64,000 nt of DNA from an uncultured Pelagibacteraceae bacterium. Its GTDB lineage: Bacteria; Pseudomonadota; Alphaproteobacteria; Pelagibacterales; Pelagibacteraceae. The notes under the pieces were generated by a model. The model was not told where the DNA came from and did no database searches. It worked only from the letters and a program-made list of their open reading frames with translations. Position numbers and translations under genes: made by a program. Positions within the stretch are counted from its first letter, which is position 1. Every line of letters begins with the position of its first letter. Positions 17,541-27,607 of the stretch are shown in pieces. The stretch covers positions 489-64,488 of the forward strand of contig CACMXS010000005.1 in assembly GCA_902617715.1 (NCBI GenBank), written 5' to 3'.

Positions 17541-19937
17541 ATGGAGTTTAAAAAAATCCAACTAAATGGATTTAAATCATTTGCTGATAAAACCAACTTC
17601 CTAATTGAAGATGGTTTAACAGGTATCGTCGGTCCTAATGGATGTGGAAAATCAAATATTGTTGAGTCCTTAAGATGGGTTATGGGAGAAACCTCAGCAA
17701 AAAGCATGAGAGGATCAGGAATGGAGGATGTAATATTTTCAGGTACATCAAATAAGTCTTCAAAAAATATTGCAGAAGTTTCTGTTACAGTTCAAAATGA
17801 AAGAAATGAAGGGCCAATTCAATATCGTAAACTTGATGAAGTTAATGTTAGGCGAAAAATAGAAAAAGATAAAGGGTCAAAATTTTACATAAATGATAAA
17901 GAAGTAAGAGCAAGAGATGCTCAAATGTTTTTTGCAGATTTATCTACAGGTGCTCATTCTCCTTCAATGATAAGTCAAGGACGAATTGGTGCACTTGTTA
18001 CAGCAAGACCAACGGATAGAAGAGCTATTCTAGAGGAAGCAGCAGGGATTTCAGGGCTACATGTTAGAAGACATGAAGCTGAATTAAGATTGAGTGCTGC
18101 AGAAAATAACCTTAAACGAGCTGACGAATTAAGAAGGCAGCAAGAAAGACAATTAGTAAATCTTCAAAAACAAGCTGAGGAAGCTACAAAATATAAAAAT
18201 ATTTCTGATGAAATAAAAAAAATGGAGGCAGGACTTTATTATCTGAAATTACTCGAAATCGACAAGGAAATTCATGTTGAAAATGAAATAAATACTGAAG
18301 CTGAAGGAGAAGTAAGTGGATACAATGAAAAAATTACTAATTTAGAAAAAACAATTAAATCTGAAACAGAAAAAGTTACGCCTTTACGAGAAAAAAATAT
18401 TGAAAATTTATCAAAGATCCAAAGACTTAACTTAGAGCTTCAAAGTCTTGACGAAGAAAATACTCGAACTCATGAAGAAATAGAAAATATAAAAAAATCC
18501 CTTCAAACACTTGATGAAGATATTTCAAGAGAAAAAGGAATAATAATTGATGCTAATTCAAACGAAAAAAGACTCAAAGAAGAAAAAAACGATTTAATAG
18601 AAATTGACTCAAAATATTATGAAACTGAAAAACTATCAAATGAGGATCTAAGTCAGACAAAAATTAAATTAAAAACTGAAATTGAAAATATCAGAAATTT
18701 GATTTCTTCTCAAAAAAATGATGAAGCAATAAATGAATTAAATAATTTTGAAAACAGCATAGAGAAATATGCAGATAGTTATAGTCAAAATCAAAATATT
18801 AAAAAAGAGTCAGTCAAACGAAAGGAGAGAATTAATATCATAGAAAAAGAAATTGAAAGTTGGAAAAATTTACTATCAAATTCGGAAAAAATGGTGAATG
18901 ACTTATTAGAAAGAAAAAACAAATCTAACACACAATTAGAAAAATTAGACAACCAACCAAAAATTCATGCTGAGAAAAAAGGTCAAATTTCTGAAAATTT
19001 AAGAATTTCTGAACAAGAAAAAGATGAAAATGAAAAAATTATTAGTGAAACAGATAAAAAAATAGAAATATTAAGAACCCAACTTAACGAGATACAAGAG
19101 CAATCAATAAAGATTAGAGAAAGAAAAGCAAGCTCTAGTGCTACAATTGATGGTCTAAAAAAAAGAAAAAGTGATTTAATAGATAGAATAGACTCTGAAT
19201 TAAATTTAACTGAAAAAAATATTTTAGAAAATTCTAATCTTTATGGAGTTGAAGAACTACCTGATGCTATAAACCAAGAAGATCTATTAGATAAAAAAAA
19301 GCAAGAGAGAGAAAAATTAGGATCTGTAAACTTAAAAGCTGATGAGGAAACAAACAAATACGAAGCAGAAATAAAAAAAATGGAACAAGATCGATCAGAT
19401 TTAGTGACGGCTATTGTAAAGTTAAAAGATAGCATCAATGAATTAAATCAAAAAGGAAGAGAGAGATTAGTAGAGGCTTTTGAGAAAGTTAATAGAAAAT
19501 TTAACGAAGTTTATACTAAATTATTCAATGGTGGAAATGCCAAACTTGAATTGGTAGACTCTGATGATCCACTTGAAGCTGGTTTGGAAATGTTGGTAAG
19601 TCCTCCAGGAAAAAGATTGCAATCAATTACTTTATTATCAGGCGGAGAACAAGCTTTGACAGCTTTATCACTTGTTTTTGCAGTTTTCTTAACTAATCCA
19701 TCGCCAATATGTGTTTTAGATGAGGTTGATGCACCACTTGATGACGCAAATGTCACTAGATTTTGCAATTTACTTGATGAGCTAACTAAAATTACTAACA
19801 CTAAATTTATTATTGTTACCCACCATGCTTTAACTATGTCAAAAATGAACAGATTGTATGGGGTCACAATGCCAGAAAAAGGAATAAGTCAGTTAGTTGC
19901 AGTAGATTTACAAAAAGCAGAAAGTATGGTCGCCTAA
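17541..19937 (+). CDS. smc: Chromosome segregation protein SMC (short form, no recognisable hinge)
   Basis: GFKSF, Walker A GPNGCGKSN, Q-loop SQGRI, signature LSGGEQ, Walker B LDEVDAPLD, H-loop VTH; coiled coil in between. Confidence 0.92.
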   Translation: MEFKKIQLNGFKSFADKTNFLIEDGLTGIVGPNGCGKSNIVESLRWVMGETSAKSMRGSGMEDVIFSGTSNKSSKNIAEVSVTVQNERNEGPIQYRKLDEVNVRRKIEKDKGSKFYINDKEVRARDAQMFFADLSTGAHSPSMISQGRIGALVTARPTDRRAILEEAAGISGLHVRRHEAELRLSAAENNLKRADELRRQQERQLVNLQKQAEEATKYKNISDEIKKMEAGLYYLKLLEIDKEIHVENEINTEAEGEVSGYNEKITNLEKTIKSETEKVTPLREKNIENLSKIQRLNLELQSLDEENTRTHEEIENIKKSLQTLDEDISREKGIIIDANSNEKRLKEEKNDLIEIDSKYYETEKLSNEDLSQTKIKLKTEIENIRNLISSQKNDEAINELNNFENSIEKYADSYSQNQNIKKESVKRKERINIIEKEIESWKNLLSNSEKMVNDLLERKNKSNTQLEKLDNQPKIHAEKKGQISENLRISEQEKDENEKIISETDKKIEILRTQLNEIQEQSIKIRERKASSSATIDGLKKRKSDLIDRIDSELNLTEKNILENSNLYGVEELPDAINQEDLLDKKKQEREKLGSVNLKADEETNKYEAEIKKMEQDRSDLVTAIVKLKDSINELNQKGRERLVEAFEKVNRKFNEVYTKLFNGGNAKLELVDSDDPLEAGLEMLVSPPGKRLQSITLLSGGEQALTALSLVFAVFLTNPSPICVLDEVDAPLDDANVTRFCNLLDELTKITNTKFIIVTHHALTMSKMNRLYGVTMPEKGISQLVAVDLQKAESMVA

Positions 19938-19947
19938 GTAGATAATA

Positions 19948-20223
19948 ATGCCAAAAGATCAGTTCAAAACTCGCTTAGAGATTGCAAAAAAAAAGGCTTC
20001 AAAACGAAATTTAGACAATAAAAATCATAACTCATCATCAATTGGAATAGCTTTTAAGCTAAGTACAGAACTTGTATCAGCAGTCGCAGTGGGGACAATT
20101 ATTGGGTTTATTTTAGATAAGACCTTTGGTACTAAACCTTGGTTAATTTTAATATTTTTTTTTGTAGGGGTAATTGCTGGTATTACAAATGTTATTAAAT
20201 CTGCAAAAAATATGCAAAAATAG
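19948..20223 (+). CDS. atpI: AtpZ/AtpI-family ATP synthase accessory protein
   Basis: Two TM helices, ELVSAVAVG...LDKTFGTKPW; first gene of the F0 operon. Confidence 0.88.
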   Translation: MPKDQFKTRLEIAKKKASKRNLDNKNHNSSSIGIAFKLSTELVSAVAVGTIIGFILDKTFGTKPWLILIFFFVGVIAGITNVIKSAKNMQK

Positions 20224-20234
20224 ATAAAAAAATT

Positions 20235-20969
20235 ATGGCAGCAAATCCGATGACTCAGTTCGAAGTTTACAGAATTGGGCCAGAAATAAAAATAGGGTCA
20301 TTTGATATTTCCTTTACAAACGCGAGTTTGTTTATGGTTATAAGCTCTTTAGCAATCTTAATAATTTTTAATTTAGGATCCAAAAAAAATTCATTAATCC
20401 CTAGTAAGGTTCAACTTTTAGCGGAACTAAGCTACTCTTTTGTATCAAAAATGATTAGTGATACTGCTGGATCAAAAGCTAAACCTTATTTTGCTTTTAT
20501 ATTTTCATTATTTATGTTTGTTTTATTTTGTAATATGTTTGGAATGATACCATACACCTTTACAGTTACTAGTCATATTATAGTTACATTTGTCTTGGCA
20601 TCATTTATTTTTATAGGTGTAACAATTATAGGTTTTATCAAACATGGTTTTGGTTATTTAAAACTTTTTGTTCCAAGTGGAGTGCCAATTGTGTTACTCC
20701 CTTTAATAATAATTATAGAAATTATTTCTTATTTAAGTAGACCTATAAGTTTATCAGTTAGACTTTTTGCTAATATGATGGCAGGTCACACAATGATGAA
20801 AGTTTTCGGAGGCTTTGTTATAAGTCTTGGAATAGTCGGTGGATGGCTTCCACTGAGTTTTTCGGTTGCATTAACTGGTCTGGAGATATTAGTTGCTTTT
20901 CTCCAAGCATACGTTTTTGCAATCTTAACATGCATCTATTTAAACGATGCATTAAATCTACACCATTAA
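20235..20969 (+). CDS. atpB: ATP synthase F0 subunit a
   Basis: RPISLSVRLFANMMAGH, LQAYVF. Confidence 0.98.
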   Translation: MAANPMTQFEVYRIGPEIKIGSFDISFTNASLFMVISSLAILIIFNLGSKKNSLIPSKVQLLAELSYSFVSKMISDTAGSKAKPYFAFIFSLFMFVLFCNMFGMIPYTFTVTSHIIVTFVLASFIFIGVTIIGFIKHGFGYLKLFVPSGVPIVLLPLIIIIEIISYLSRPISLSVRLFANMMAGHTMMKVFGGFVISLGIVGGWLPLSFSVALTGLEILVAFLQAYVFAILTCIYLNDALNLHH

Positions 20970-20976
20970 TAAACAT

Positions 20977-20982
20977 AGGAGG
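20977..20982 (+). promoter_or_regulatory. Strong Shine-Dalgarno site of atpE
   Basis: AGGAGG ending 5 nt before the ATG at 20988. Confidence 0.8.
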
Positions 20983-20987
20983 ATATA

Positions 20988-21215
20988 ATGGAATTAGAAG
21001 CAGCAAAAATGATCGGAGCAGGTTTAGCGGCAATCGCTTTAGCTGGTGCTGGTGTTGGTATTGGAATAATTTTTGGTAATTATTTATCAGGGGCTATGAG
21101 AAATCCATCTGCAGCACAAAAACAATTTCCTAATTTGCTTTTAGGGTTCGCCCTTGCAGAAGCTACTGGATTATTTGGTTTGGTAGTTGCATTAATCATT
21201 CTTTTTGCATTTTAA
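20988..21215 (+). CDS. atpE: ATP synthase F0 subunit c
   Basis: GAGVGIG, RNP loop, FALAEA (proton-carrying Glu). Confidence 0.98.
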   Translation: MELEAAKMIGAGLAAIALAGAGVGIGIIFGNYLSGAMRNPSAAQKQFPNLLLGFALAEATGLFGLVVALIILFAF

Positions 21216-21219
21216 ATTG

Positions 21220-21810
21220 ATGATTAAAAAATATTTTGTTTATTTAATATTTTTTAACCTCTTTTTTTTAAAAGAGGTTTTTGCAGCTGAAAGCGCTGGT
21301 ATGCCTCAATTAAATCCTGAGTTTTGGATTTCTCAAATTTTTTGGCTTACATTAACTTTTGGTATTTTGTACATAGTTTTATCAAAACTTATATTACCAA
21401 AAATTAGTGCAAATCTTGAACTTAGAAGATCTCAAATACAAGAAAATATTGAGGCTGCGGATAAGCAAAGAAAAGAAAGTGAAACAAAACTTAAAGAATA
21501 TGAGGAAATAATTTTAAAAAGTAAATTAAATGCAAAAAAAATCTTCAAAGAAACTAGAGAGAAAGCTCTTAAGGACATAAATTTAAAAAAAGACTCTCTA
21601 GATGATCAAATAAATGAGGAGATAAAAAAAGCAGAAGCTGAAATTAATGCTCTAAAAAAAAATGCACCAGAAAAAATTAATAAAATTGCAATCGAAGCCT
21701 CCTCTGAAATACTAAAAAATTTGATAGGTACTGAGATCAATAATAGTAGTATATCAGCAATGGTAAATGATTTATCAAAAAGAAACGGAAGTAAATACTA
21801 TGACAATTGA
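21220..21810 (+). CDS. atpG: ATP synthase F0 subunit b'
   Basis: MPQL...SQIFWL TM followed by charged coiled coil. ATG at 21220 chosen; an internal ATG at 21301 (MPQL) is an alternative start. Confidence 0.88.
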   Translation: MIKKYFVYLIFFNLFFLKEVFAAESAGMPQLNPEFWISQIFWLTLTFGILYIVLSKLILPKISANLELRRSQIQENIEAADKQRKESETKLKEYEEIILKSKLNAKKIFKETREKALKDINLKKDSLDDQINEEIKKAEAEINALKKNAPEKINKIAIEASSEILKNLIGTEINNSSISAMVNDLSKRNGSKYYDN

Positions 21811-22297
21811 TTCAACTTTTTGGGTAGCGATCTCATTTTTTATTTTTTTTGGAGTACTAATATATTTTAAAGTGCCACAAAAAATAAATGAAATATTAAA
21901 CAAGCTTATTTCCGATATTAAAAATGAAATAGATGAAAGCGAGAAATTGAGAGCTGAGGCAAAAAAATTATTAGATAATGCTCAGAAAAAACTTGATACT
22001 GCTCAATCTGTAAGTAGTGAAATTATAGAACAAGCCAAAAAAGATAGTGACAGATTGATTATAGAGCTTAATGATAAATTTCATAAATCTTCTGAAATTA
22101 AAAAAAATTCTGCTGAGACTAAAATTGCACAAATGAAAAATACGGCAATAAAAGAGATAAAAAATGCATCAGTTAAAATTGCAATAGACTCTGTAAAAAA
22201 GATTATCACTACTTCAGTAGATAAATCTAAATTAGATACATTGTTTCAAAAAAATTTAGATGAAACTAAGGAAGAGTTAAAAAAAATAAACTCATAA
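21800..22297 (+). CDS. atpF: ATP synthase F0 subunit b
   Basis: FWVAISF TM followed by coiled coil; ATG at 21800 preferred. Confidence 0.9.
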   Translation: MTIDSTFWVAISFFIFFGVLIYFKVPQKINEILNKLISDIKNEIDESEKLRAEAKKLLDNAQKKLDTAQSVSSEIIEQAKKDSDRLIIELNDKFHKSSEIKKNSAETKIAQMKNTAIKEIKNASVKIAIDSVKKIITTSVDKSKLDTLFQKNLDETKEELKKINS

Positions 22298-22336
22298 TCC
22301 TCTTACATTTTTTAAAAAAAAATATAAATTATCATA

Positions 22337-23797
22337 ATGAATTCTGTTGTAATTGGCTCAGGTTTTGGGGGTATAGCCGCTGCATTACGCCTTAAAGCGA
22401 AAGGTCACGATGTAACTTTAATTGAAAAACATCCTGATCTTGGAGGAAGAGCACGAGTATTTAAAAAAAATGGTTTTATATATGATGGAGGACCAACTGT
22501 AATTACCGCACCATATTTAATTAATGAGTTGTTTGAATTATTTAAAAAAAACCCAAAAGATTACATAAAACTCTCTCCTCTAAAAATTTGGTATCAATTT
22601 ATCTTCGAGGATAAAACTAAATTTAATTATTCTGGTGATGAAGTCGAAATGAAAAGGCAAATTGAAAAATTAAATAAAAATGATGTTGAAGGCTATGAAA
22701 AATTAGTAAATTTTACTAAAAAAATTTTTGATAAAGGTTTTACTGAGCTAGCTGACGTACCATTTGATAAACCATTGGTAATGATGCAACAATTACCAGC
22801 TCTTTTAAAGCTTAAAAGCTACAAATCAGTTTATTCATTAGTTTCATCCTACATAAAAAACGAAAAATTAAGAAGAATGTTGAGCATGCATCCACTATTA
22901 GTTGGGGGCAATCCTTTCACCACAACTTCGATTTATGGATTAATTTTATATTTAGAAAAAAAATGGGGTATTCATTATTCGATGGGGGGAACTGGAAATA
23001 TAATAAAAGGATTTGAAAAACTTATGAATGAAGAAGGAATTAAAGTGATCAAAGGTCATGAAGTAACAAAGATTATTTCAGATAAAAAAAAGATTACTGG
23101 TGTTCAACTTAATGATCAAACAATTATAAACTCTAATAATGTTATTTGTAATGCAGACCCACCTGCGGTTTATGAAAAAATGTTGAATGGAAATGCGAAC
23201 AATTCATTTTTATTTAAATGGAAAAAAAATCGAATGGAATATTCTATGGGATTATTTGTTTATTATTTTGGTACAAAAAAAAAATATGAAAATGTTGAAC
23301 ATCATACAATTAAATTTGGTAACAAATATAAAGAACATCTAGATGATATATTTAATAACAAAAAATTAAATGATGATATTAGCTATTATCTACACAGACC
23401 ATCTTCAACTGATAAATCTATGGCTCCTGAAGGGAAAGATTGTTTTTATGTTCTTGTGCCTGTTCCAAATAATCAATCAAATATTGATTGGTCTTATGAA
23501 GGAGAAAAAATGAAAAATTTGGTAATTGATAAAATGCAAAATGATTTAATGCCGAATCTAAAAGAAAATATTGTTGAGGATTTTTATTTAACTCCAAATT
23601 ATTTTGAAAAAGATTTAAATACTAAACATGGTTCAGGTTTTTCTATCCAGCCAAAATTTTCGCAATCTGCTTATTTTAGATTTCATAATAAATCAGAAGT
23701 TTATGATGGTTTATATTTTGTTGGAGCAGGAACACATCCTGGTGCAGGTGTGCCAGGAGTTTTATCGTCCGCAAAAGTTTTAGATAAAATAATTTAA
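22337..23797 (+). CDS. crtI: Phytoene desaturase
   Basis: GSGFGG, GGRA, DGGPTVIT, YFVGAGTHPGAGVPGV. Confidence 0.96.
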   Translation: MNSVVIGSGFGGIAAALRLKAKGHDVTLIEKHPDLGGRARVFKKNGFIYDGGPTVITAPYLINELFELFKKNPKDYIKLSPLKIWYQFIFEDKTKFNYSGDEVEMKRQIEKLNKNDVEGYEKLVNFTKKIFDKGFTELADVPFDKPLVMMQQLPALLKLKSYKSVYSLVSSYIKNEKLRRMLSMHPLLVGGNPFTTTSIYGLILYLEKKWGIHYSMGGTGNIIKGFEKLMNEEGIKVIKGHEVTKIISDKKKITGVQLNDQTIINSNNVICNADPPAVYEKMLNGNANNSFLFKWKKNRMEYSMGLFVYYFGTKKKYENVEHHTIKFGNKYKEHLDDIFNNKKLNDDISYYLHRPSSTDKSMAPEGKDCFYVLVPVPNNQSNIDWSYEGEKMKNLVIDKMQNDLMPNLKENIVEDFYLTPNYFEKDLNTKHGSGFSIQPKFSQSAYFRFHNKSEVYDGLYFVGAGTHPGAGVPGVLSSAKVLDKII

Positions 23798-24681
23798 TGA
23801 ATAAAAAAAACTATCTAGCTATTTTTGCTAAATCATTTAATTGGGCAGGTTTTTTTTTACCGAAAAATATTTATGAAGATTCTTCTAAACTTTACGCATT
23901 TTGTAGAGTTCTAGATGACATAGCAGATGAAAAAACTGATTTAAATTCAAAAATTAAAAGATTTGATGAAATAAGAAATTTTCTTGATGAATCTTATGAT
24001 GCAGATAATTTAGAAGTTCATTCATCTGACGAAATTAAAAAAATTGTTCATGATATAATTATTCTTGCAAAAAATAATAATATAAAAAAAATAATTTTAG
24101 ATGATTTGGTTGATGGGGTTGCCTCAGATTTAAAAAAAAAAATTTATATTAGATCTGTAAAAGACTTATTAATTTACTCTTATAGAGTAGCTGGAACAGT
24201 TGGTTTAATGATGTCAAAAATTTTAATGGTGAACGATAGAAGAGCTTTTAAAGGAGCGATCGACTTAGGTATTGCTATGCAATTAACAAATATCGCTAGA
24301 GACGTAATTGAAGATAAGGAAATGAACAGAGAATATATCAAGCCAGATTTTGAAAATATTCAAGCAACCTTAAAACTTGCGGATATGTTCTATGAAAGCT
24401 CATTTAGTTCAATCCAGAAAATCCCATTTAGATATAAATTTTCAATCATTGTTGCTAGAAGAATTTACAGACAGATTGGAAGGAAAATTTTACAAAAAGG
24501 AAATATGGAAAATTATGAAAAATCGGGAAAAATCTATGTGAACAATTTTGAAAAAATTTATCAAACAATTATTTCTATATTTGATTTAATTTTAATTTAT
24601 TTAAAGGAGTTAGAACCCCATCAAAGAGCAAAAGAACATGTTATTATTTGTCAAGAAGTAGATCTCGATGAAAGAATTTGA
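23797..24681 (+). CDS. crtB: Phytoene synthase
   Basis: KSF, YAFCRVLDDIAD, YRVAGTVG, LGIAMQLTNIARDVIED. Confidence 0.94.
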   Translation: MNKKNYLAIFAKSFNWAGFFLPKNIYEDSSKLYAFCRVLDDIADEKTDLNSKIKRFDEIRNFLDESYDADNLEVHSSDEIKKIVHDIIILAKNNNIKKIILDDLVDGVASDLKKKIYIRSVKDLLIYSYRVAGTVGLMMSKILMVNDRRAFKGAIDLGIAMQLTNIARDVIEDKEMNREYIKPDFENIQATLKLADMFYESSFSSIQKIPFRYKFSIIVARRIYRQIGRKILQKGNMENYEKSGKIYVNNFEKIYQTIISIFDLILIYLKELEPHQRAKEHVIICQEVDLDERI

Positions 24682-25735
24682 TTATATAATTATTGGTGGC
24701 GGATGTGCAGGGTTATCACTTGCATATGAACTTGAAGTTCACGAAAAATTAAAAGATAAAACTTTAGCAATTATCGAACCAAGACAAGAGTACAAAAAAG
24801 ATAAAACTTGGTCTTTCTGGAAAGTAATGCCTCATAATTTTGATGATTGTGTAAAGAAAAATTGGGAAAATTTTTCAATAAATATACCTGGCAAAACAAA
24901 TTATCTTGAATGTAAAAATTATCCATATCAAAGTATTGACAGTGGTTTATTTTACGAAAAAATAAATAATAGATTAAAAGAAAACAAAAATATTTCTTTC
25001 TTTAAAAATATTTCAGAAATCAAAACAAAAAATTCATTCATTTTTAATAGTGTTCCTGAAATAAAAAAAAATTATCTTAATCTTTGGCAACATTTTTGTG
25101 GTGTTGAAATTGAAACAGAAAATAATTTTTTTGATGAAAAAATTTTCAATCTAATGGATTTTGATTGTGAGCAAAGAGAAAGTGTTCATTTTTTCTATAC
25201 ACTTCCTTATTCAAAAAATAAGGCTTTAATTGAAACTACCTGGTTATCAAAAATGAACGATAATTCACAAAAAGATTATGATAATCAAATAAAAAAATAT
25301 ATTGAAAAACATCTAAAGATAAAAAATTATGAAATTACTTACAAAGAAGAAGGTGCTATTCCCCTATTTTATCCCATATACAAAAAAGAAAAAAATAGAA
25401 TTAATATTGGAACTGCTGGTGGAATGACAAGATTAAGCACTGGTTATACATTTCTTAATATTCAGGAACATAGTAAATATTTAAGAGAAAATATTGAAAA
25501 TATTTCTAATTTAGAAAGATTTGAAATAGGTAAAAAATATCAATATTTAGATGATATTTTTCTACGGGTCCTGAATAAAAATCCTGAAAAGATGTCCAAT
25601 ATATTCTTTAGCATGTTTAACACATCTCCAAAGACTGTTATAAAATTTTTATCTAATACAAGTAATTTTTATGAAGATTTAAAAATAATTTTACGAATGC
25701 CCAAATGGACTTTTATTAAAGCATTATTTTATTAA
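24668..25735 (+). CDS. crtY: Lycopene beta-cyclase
   Basis: GGGCAGLSLA, TWSFW, LMDF, FFYTLP, EEGAIP, GTAGG...STGY; lies between crtB and blh. Confidence 0.9.
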   Translation: MKEFDYIIIGGGCAGLSLAYELEVHEKLKDKTLAIIEPRQEYKKDKTWSFWKVMPHNFDDCVKKNWENFSINIPGKTNYLECKNYPYQSIDSGLFYEKINNRLKENKNISFFKNISEIKTKNSFIFNSVPEIKKNYLNLWQHFCGVEIETENNFFDEKIFNLMDFDCEQRESVHFFYTLPYSKNKALIETTWLSKMNDNSQKDYDNQIKKYIEKHLKIKNYEITYKEEGAIPLFYPIYKKEKNRINIGTAGGMTRLSTGYTFLNIQEHSKYLRENIENISNLERFEIGKKYQYLDDIFLRVLNKNPEKMSNIFFSMFNTSPKTVIKFLSNTSNFYEDLKIILRMPKWTFIKALFY

Positions 25736-25736
25736 G

Positions 25737-26672
25737 ATGGAAAATAAAATCAAAAAATTAAATTTTAATCATTCATTTATTTTCTTTTTATTTTGCAACG
25801 TTTTATCTTTAATAACTTTTGTGATTAATAACTTTACAGTATCTCCATTAATTTGTTTATTATTGATTTTAAGTATTGGTATTTCTCATGGTTCACTTGA
25901 TAATGTCAAAGGAGAAAAACTTTTAAAAATTTTCGGAATTAACAACTTACTTATTTTTTATATATCATATATCTTGATAGCAATACTGGTAATAGTTTTA
26001 TGGATAATTATGCCCTCTATTTCTTTAATAATTTTTTTAATTGTAGCTTCTTATCACTTTGGAAAAGAGGATACACAATTTCTAGTGGTTGAAAACTCAT
26101 ATTTAAATCAATTATTATTTTTTATGAAAGGAACCTTAATTATCCTAGCACCTATTTATTTTCATTTTGATGAAACAGTAAATATTTTTAAATTACTGCT
26201 AGTTGATAATGAAAATTTTTACCAATTTTTAAATTTTCTTGAAACAAATAAAATTTTACTTTTTGGTATTATCTTAAGCACTTTGGCAAATATCATTTTA
26301 TTCTCTAAAAACTTTGAAATTAAAAAATTTGCTATTTTTTTAGATTATTTTTCAATCCTAATTCTTAATTATTATTTTTCTCCCCTTTTGGCATTTACAA
26401 TGTATTTTTGTTTTCTACATTCAATACGACACATCATTACTTTAATTCTTGAGCTTGAAAAAAATGACTTAAATTTGGGTTTAAAGATGTTTACAAAAAA
26501 AGCTTTACCTTTGACAATTTTAACTGCCTCTCTTTGTTTAATTTTTCTTTATTTTATAAATAATACTTATACTTTTGACAGTTCAGTTCTTAAAATTATA
26601 TTTATAGGTTTGGCGTCTTTAACCTTTCCACATATATTGCTGGAATATCTTTTGGAAAAAAATGAAAAATAA
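25737..26672 (+). CDS. blh: Beta-carotene 15,15'-dioxygenase (Brp/Blh)
   Basis: Polytopic membrane protein with GISHGSLD, YHFG, HSIRH, LTFPH His motifs. Confidence 0.94.
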   Translation: MENKIKKLNFNHSFIFFLFCNVLSLITFVINNFTVSPLICLLLILSIGISHGSLDNVKGEKLLKIFGINNLLIFYISYILIAILVIVLWIIMPSISLIIFLIVASYHFGKEDTQFLVVENSYLNQLLFFMKGTLIILAPIYFHFDETVNIFKLLLVDNENFYQFLNFLETNKILLFGIILSTLANIILFSKNFEIKKFAIFLDYFSILILNYYFSPLLAFTMYFCFLHSIRHIITLILELEKNDLNLGLKMFTKKALPLTILTASLCLIFLYFINNTYTFDSSVLKIIFIGLASLTFPHILLEYLLEKNEK

Positions 26673-27606
26673 AGAAATTAAAATATTATTATCCGCACCC
26701 AGAGGTTTTTGTGCTGGTGTTGAAAGAGCTATTGAAATAGTTGAAAAATCTATACAAAAGTATGGGACTCCTGTTTATGTTAGACATGAAATTGTTCATA
26801 ATAAGTATGTGGTCGATGATTTAAAAAATAAAGGAGCAATTTTTGTTGAAGAACTTGAGGAAATAAAAGATAAATCTAGACCAGTCATTTTTTCTGCTCA
26901 TGGTGTTCCAAAAAAAATACCTGAAGATGCAAAAAATTACAACATGACCTACGTTGATGCTACATGCCCTTTGGTTTCAAAGGTTCATAGAGAGGCTGAA
27001 AATCTTCATAAAGCTGGATATCATTTAATCTTGATTGGTCACCAAAACCATCCTGAAGTTATTGGTACAATGGGTCAATTACCGAATGGATCAATAGATC
27101 TAATTCAAGACGAAGAAGAGGCAAAAATATACGAAACAAAAAATCAAGACAAAATTTCTTATGTCACTCAAACAACATTATCTATAGATGATACGAAAGA
27201 AATTATAAAAATCCTGAAAGAAAAATTTCCAAATATTAAAGAGCCAATGAAAGAAGATATTTGTTATGCAACAACAAATAGACAATTAGCTGTAAAAAAC
27301 ATTGCAAAAAAGTGTGATTTGTTTTTTGTTATTGGGAGCAGAAATTCTTCTAATTCAGTTAGACTAGTTGAGGTAGCTAAAAAATCTGGTTGTATTAATT
27401 CTCATTTAATTCATTCTCAAAGTGAAATTCCTTATGAACTGATTGAAAAATCAAACACTGTAGGAATTTCCTCTGGGGCATCAGCTCCAGAAGTTTTAGT
27501 AAATAATTTTATCGATAGTTTAAAAAAAAAATTTACAGTTAATATAGATGAAGTAGAAGCAATAAAAGAAAATGTGGTTTTCAAGATTCCAAAAAAATTG
27601 AATTAA
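26662..27606 (+). CDS. ispH: 4-hydroxy-3-methylbut-2-enyl diphosphate reductase
   Basis: PRGFCAGVERAI, IVHN, SAHGV, DATCPLV, ICYATTNRQ, SSNS. Confidence 0.98.
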   Translation: MKNKEIKILLSAPRGFCAGVERAIEIVEKSIQKYGTPVYVRHEIVHNKYVVDDLKNKGAIFVEELEEIKDKSRPVIFSAHGVPKKIPEDAKNYNMTYVDATCPLVSKVHREAENLHKAGYHLILIGHQNHPEVIGTMGQLPNGSIDLIQDEEEAKIYETKNQDKISYVTQTTLSIDDTKEIIKILKEKFPNIKEPMKEDICYATTNRQLAVKNIAKKCDLFFVIGSRNSSNSVRLVEVAKKSGCINSHLIHSQSEIPYELIEKSNTVGISSGASAPEVLVNNFIDSLKKKFTVNIDEVEAIKENVVFKIPKKLN

Positions 27607-27607
27607 A

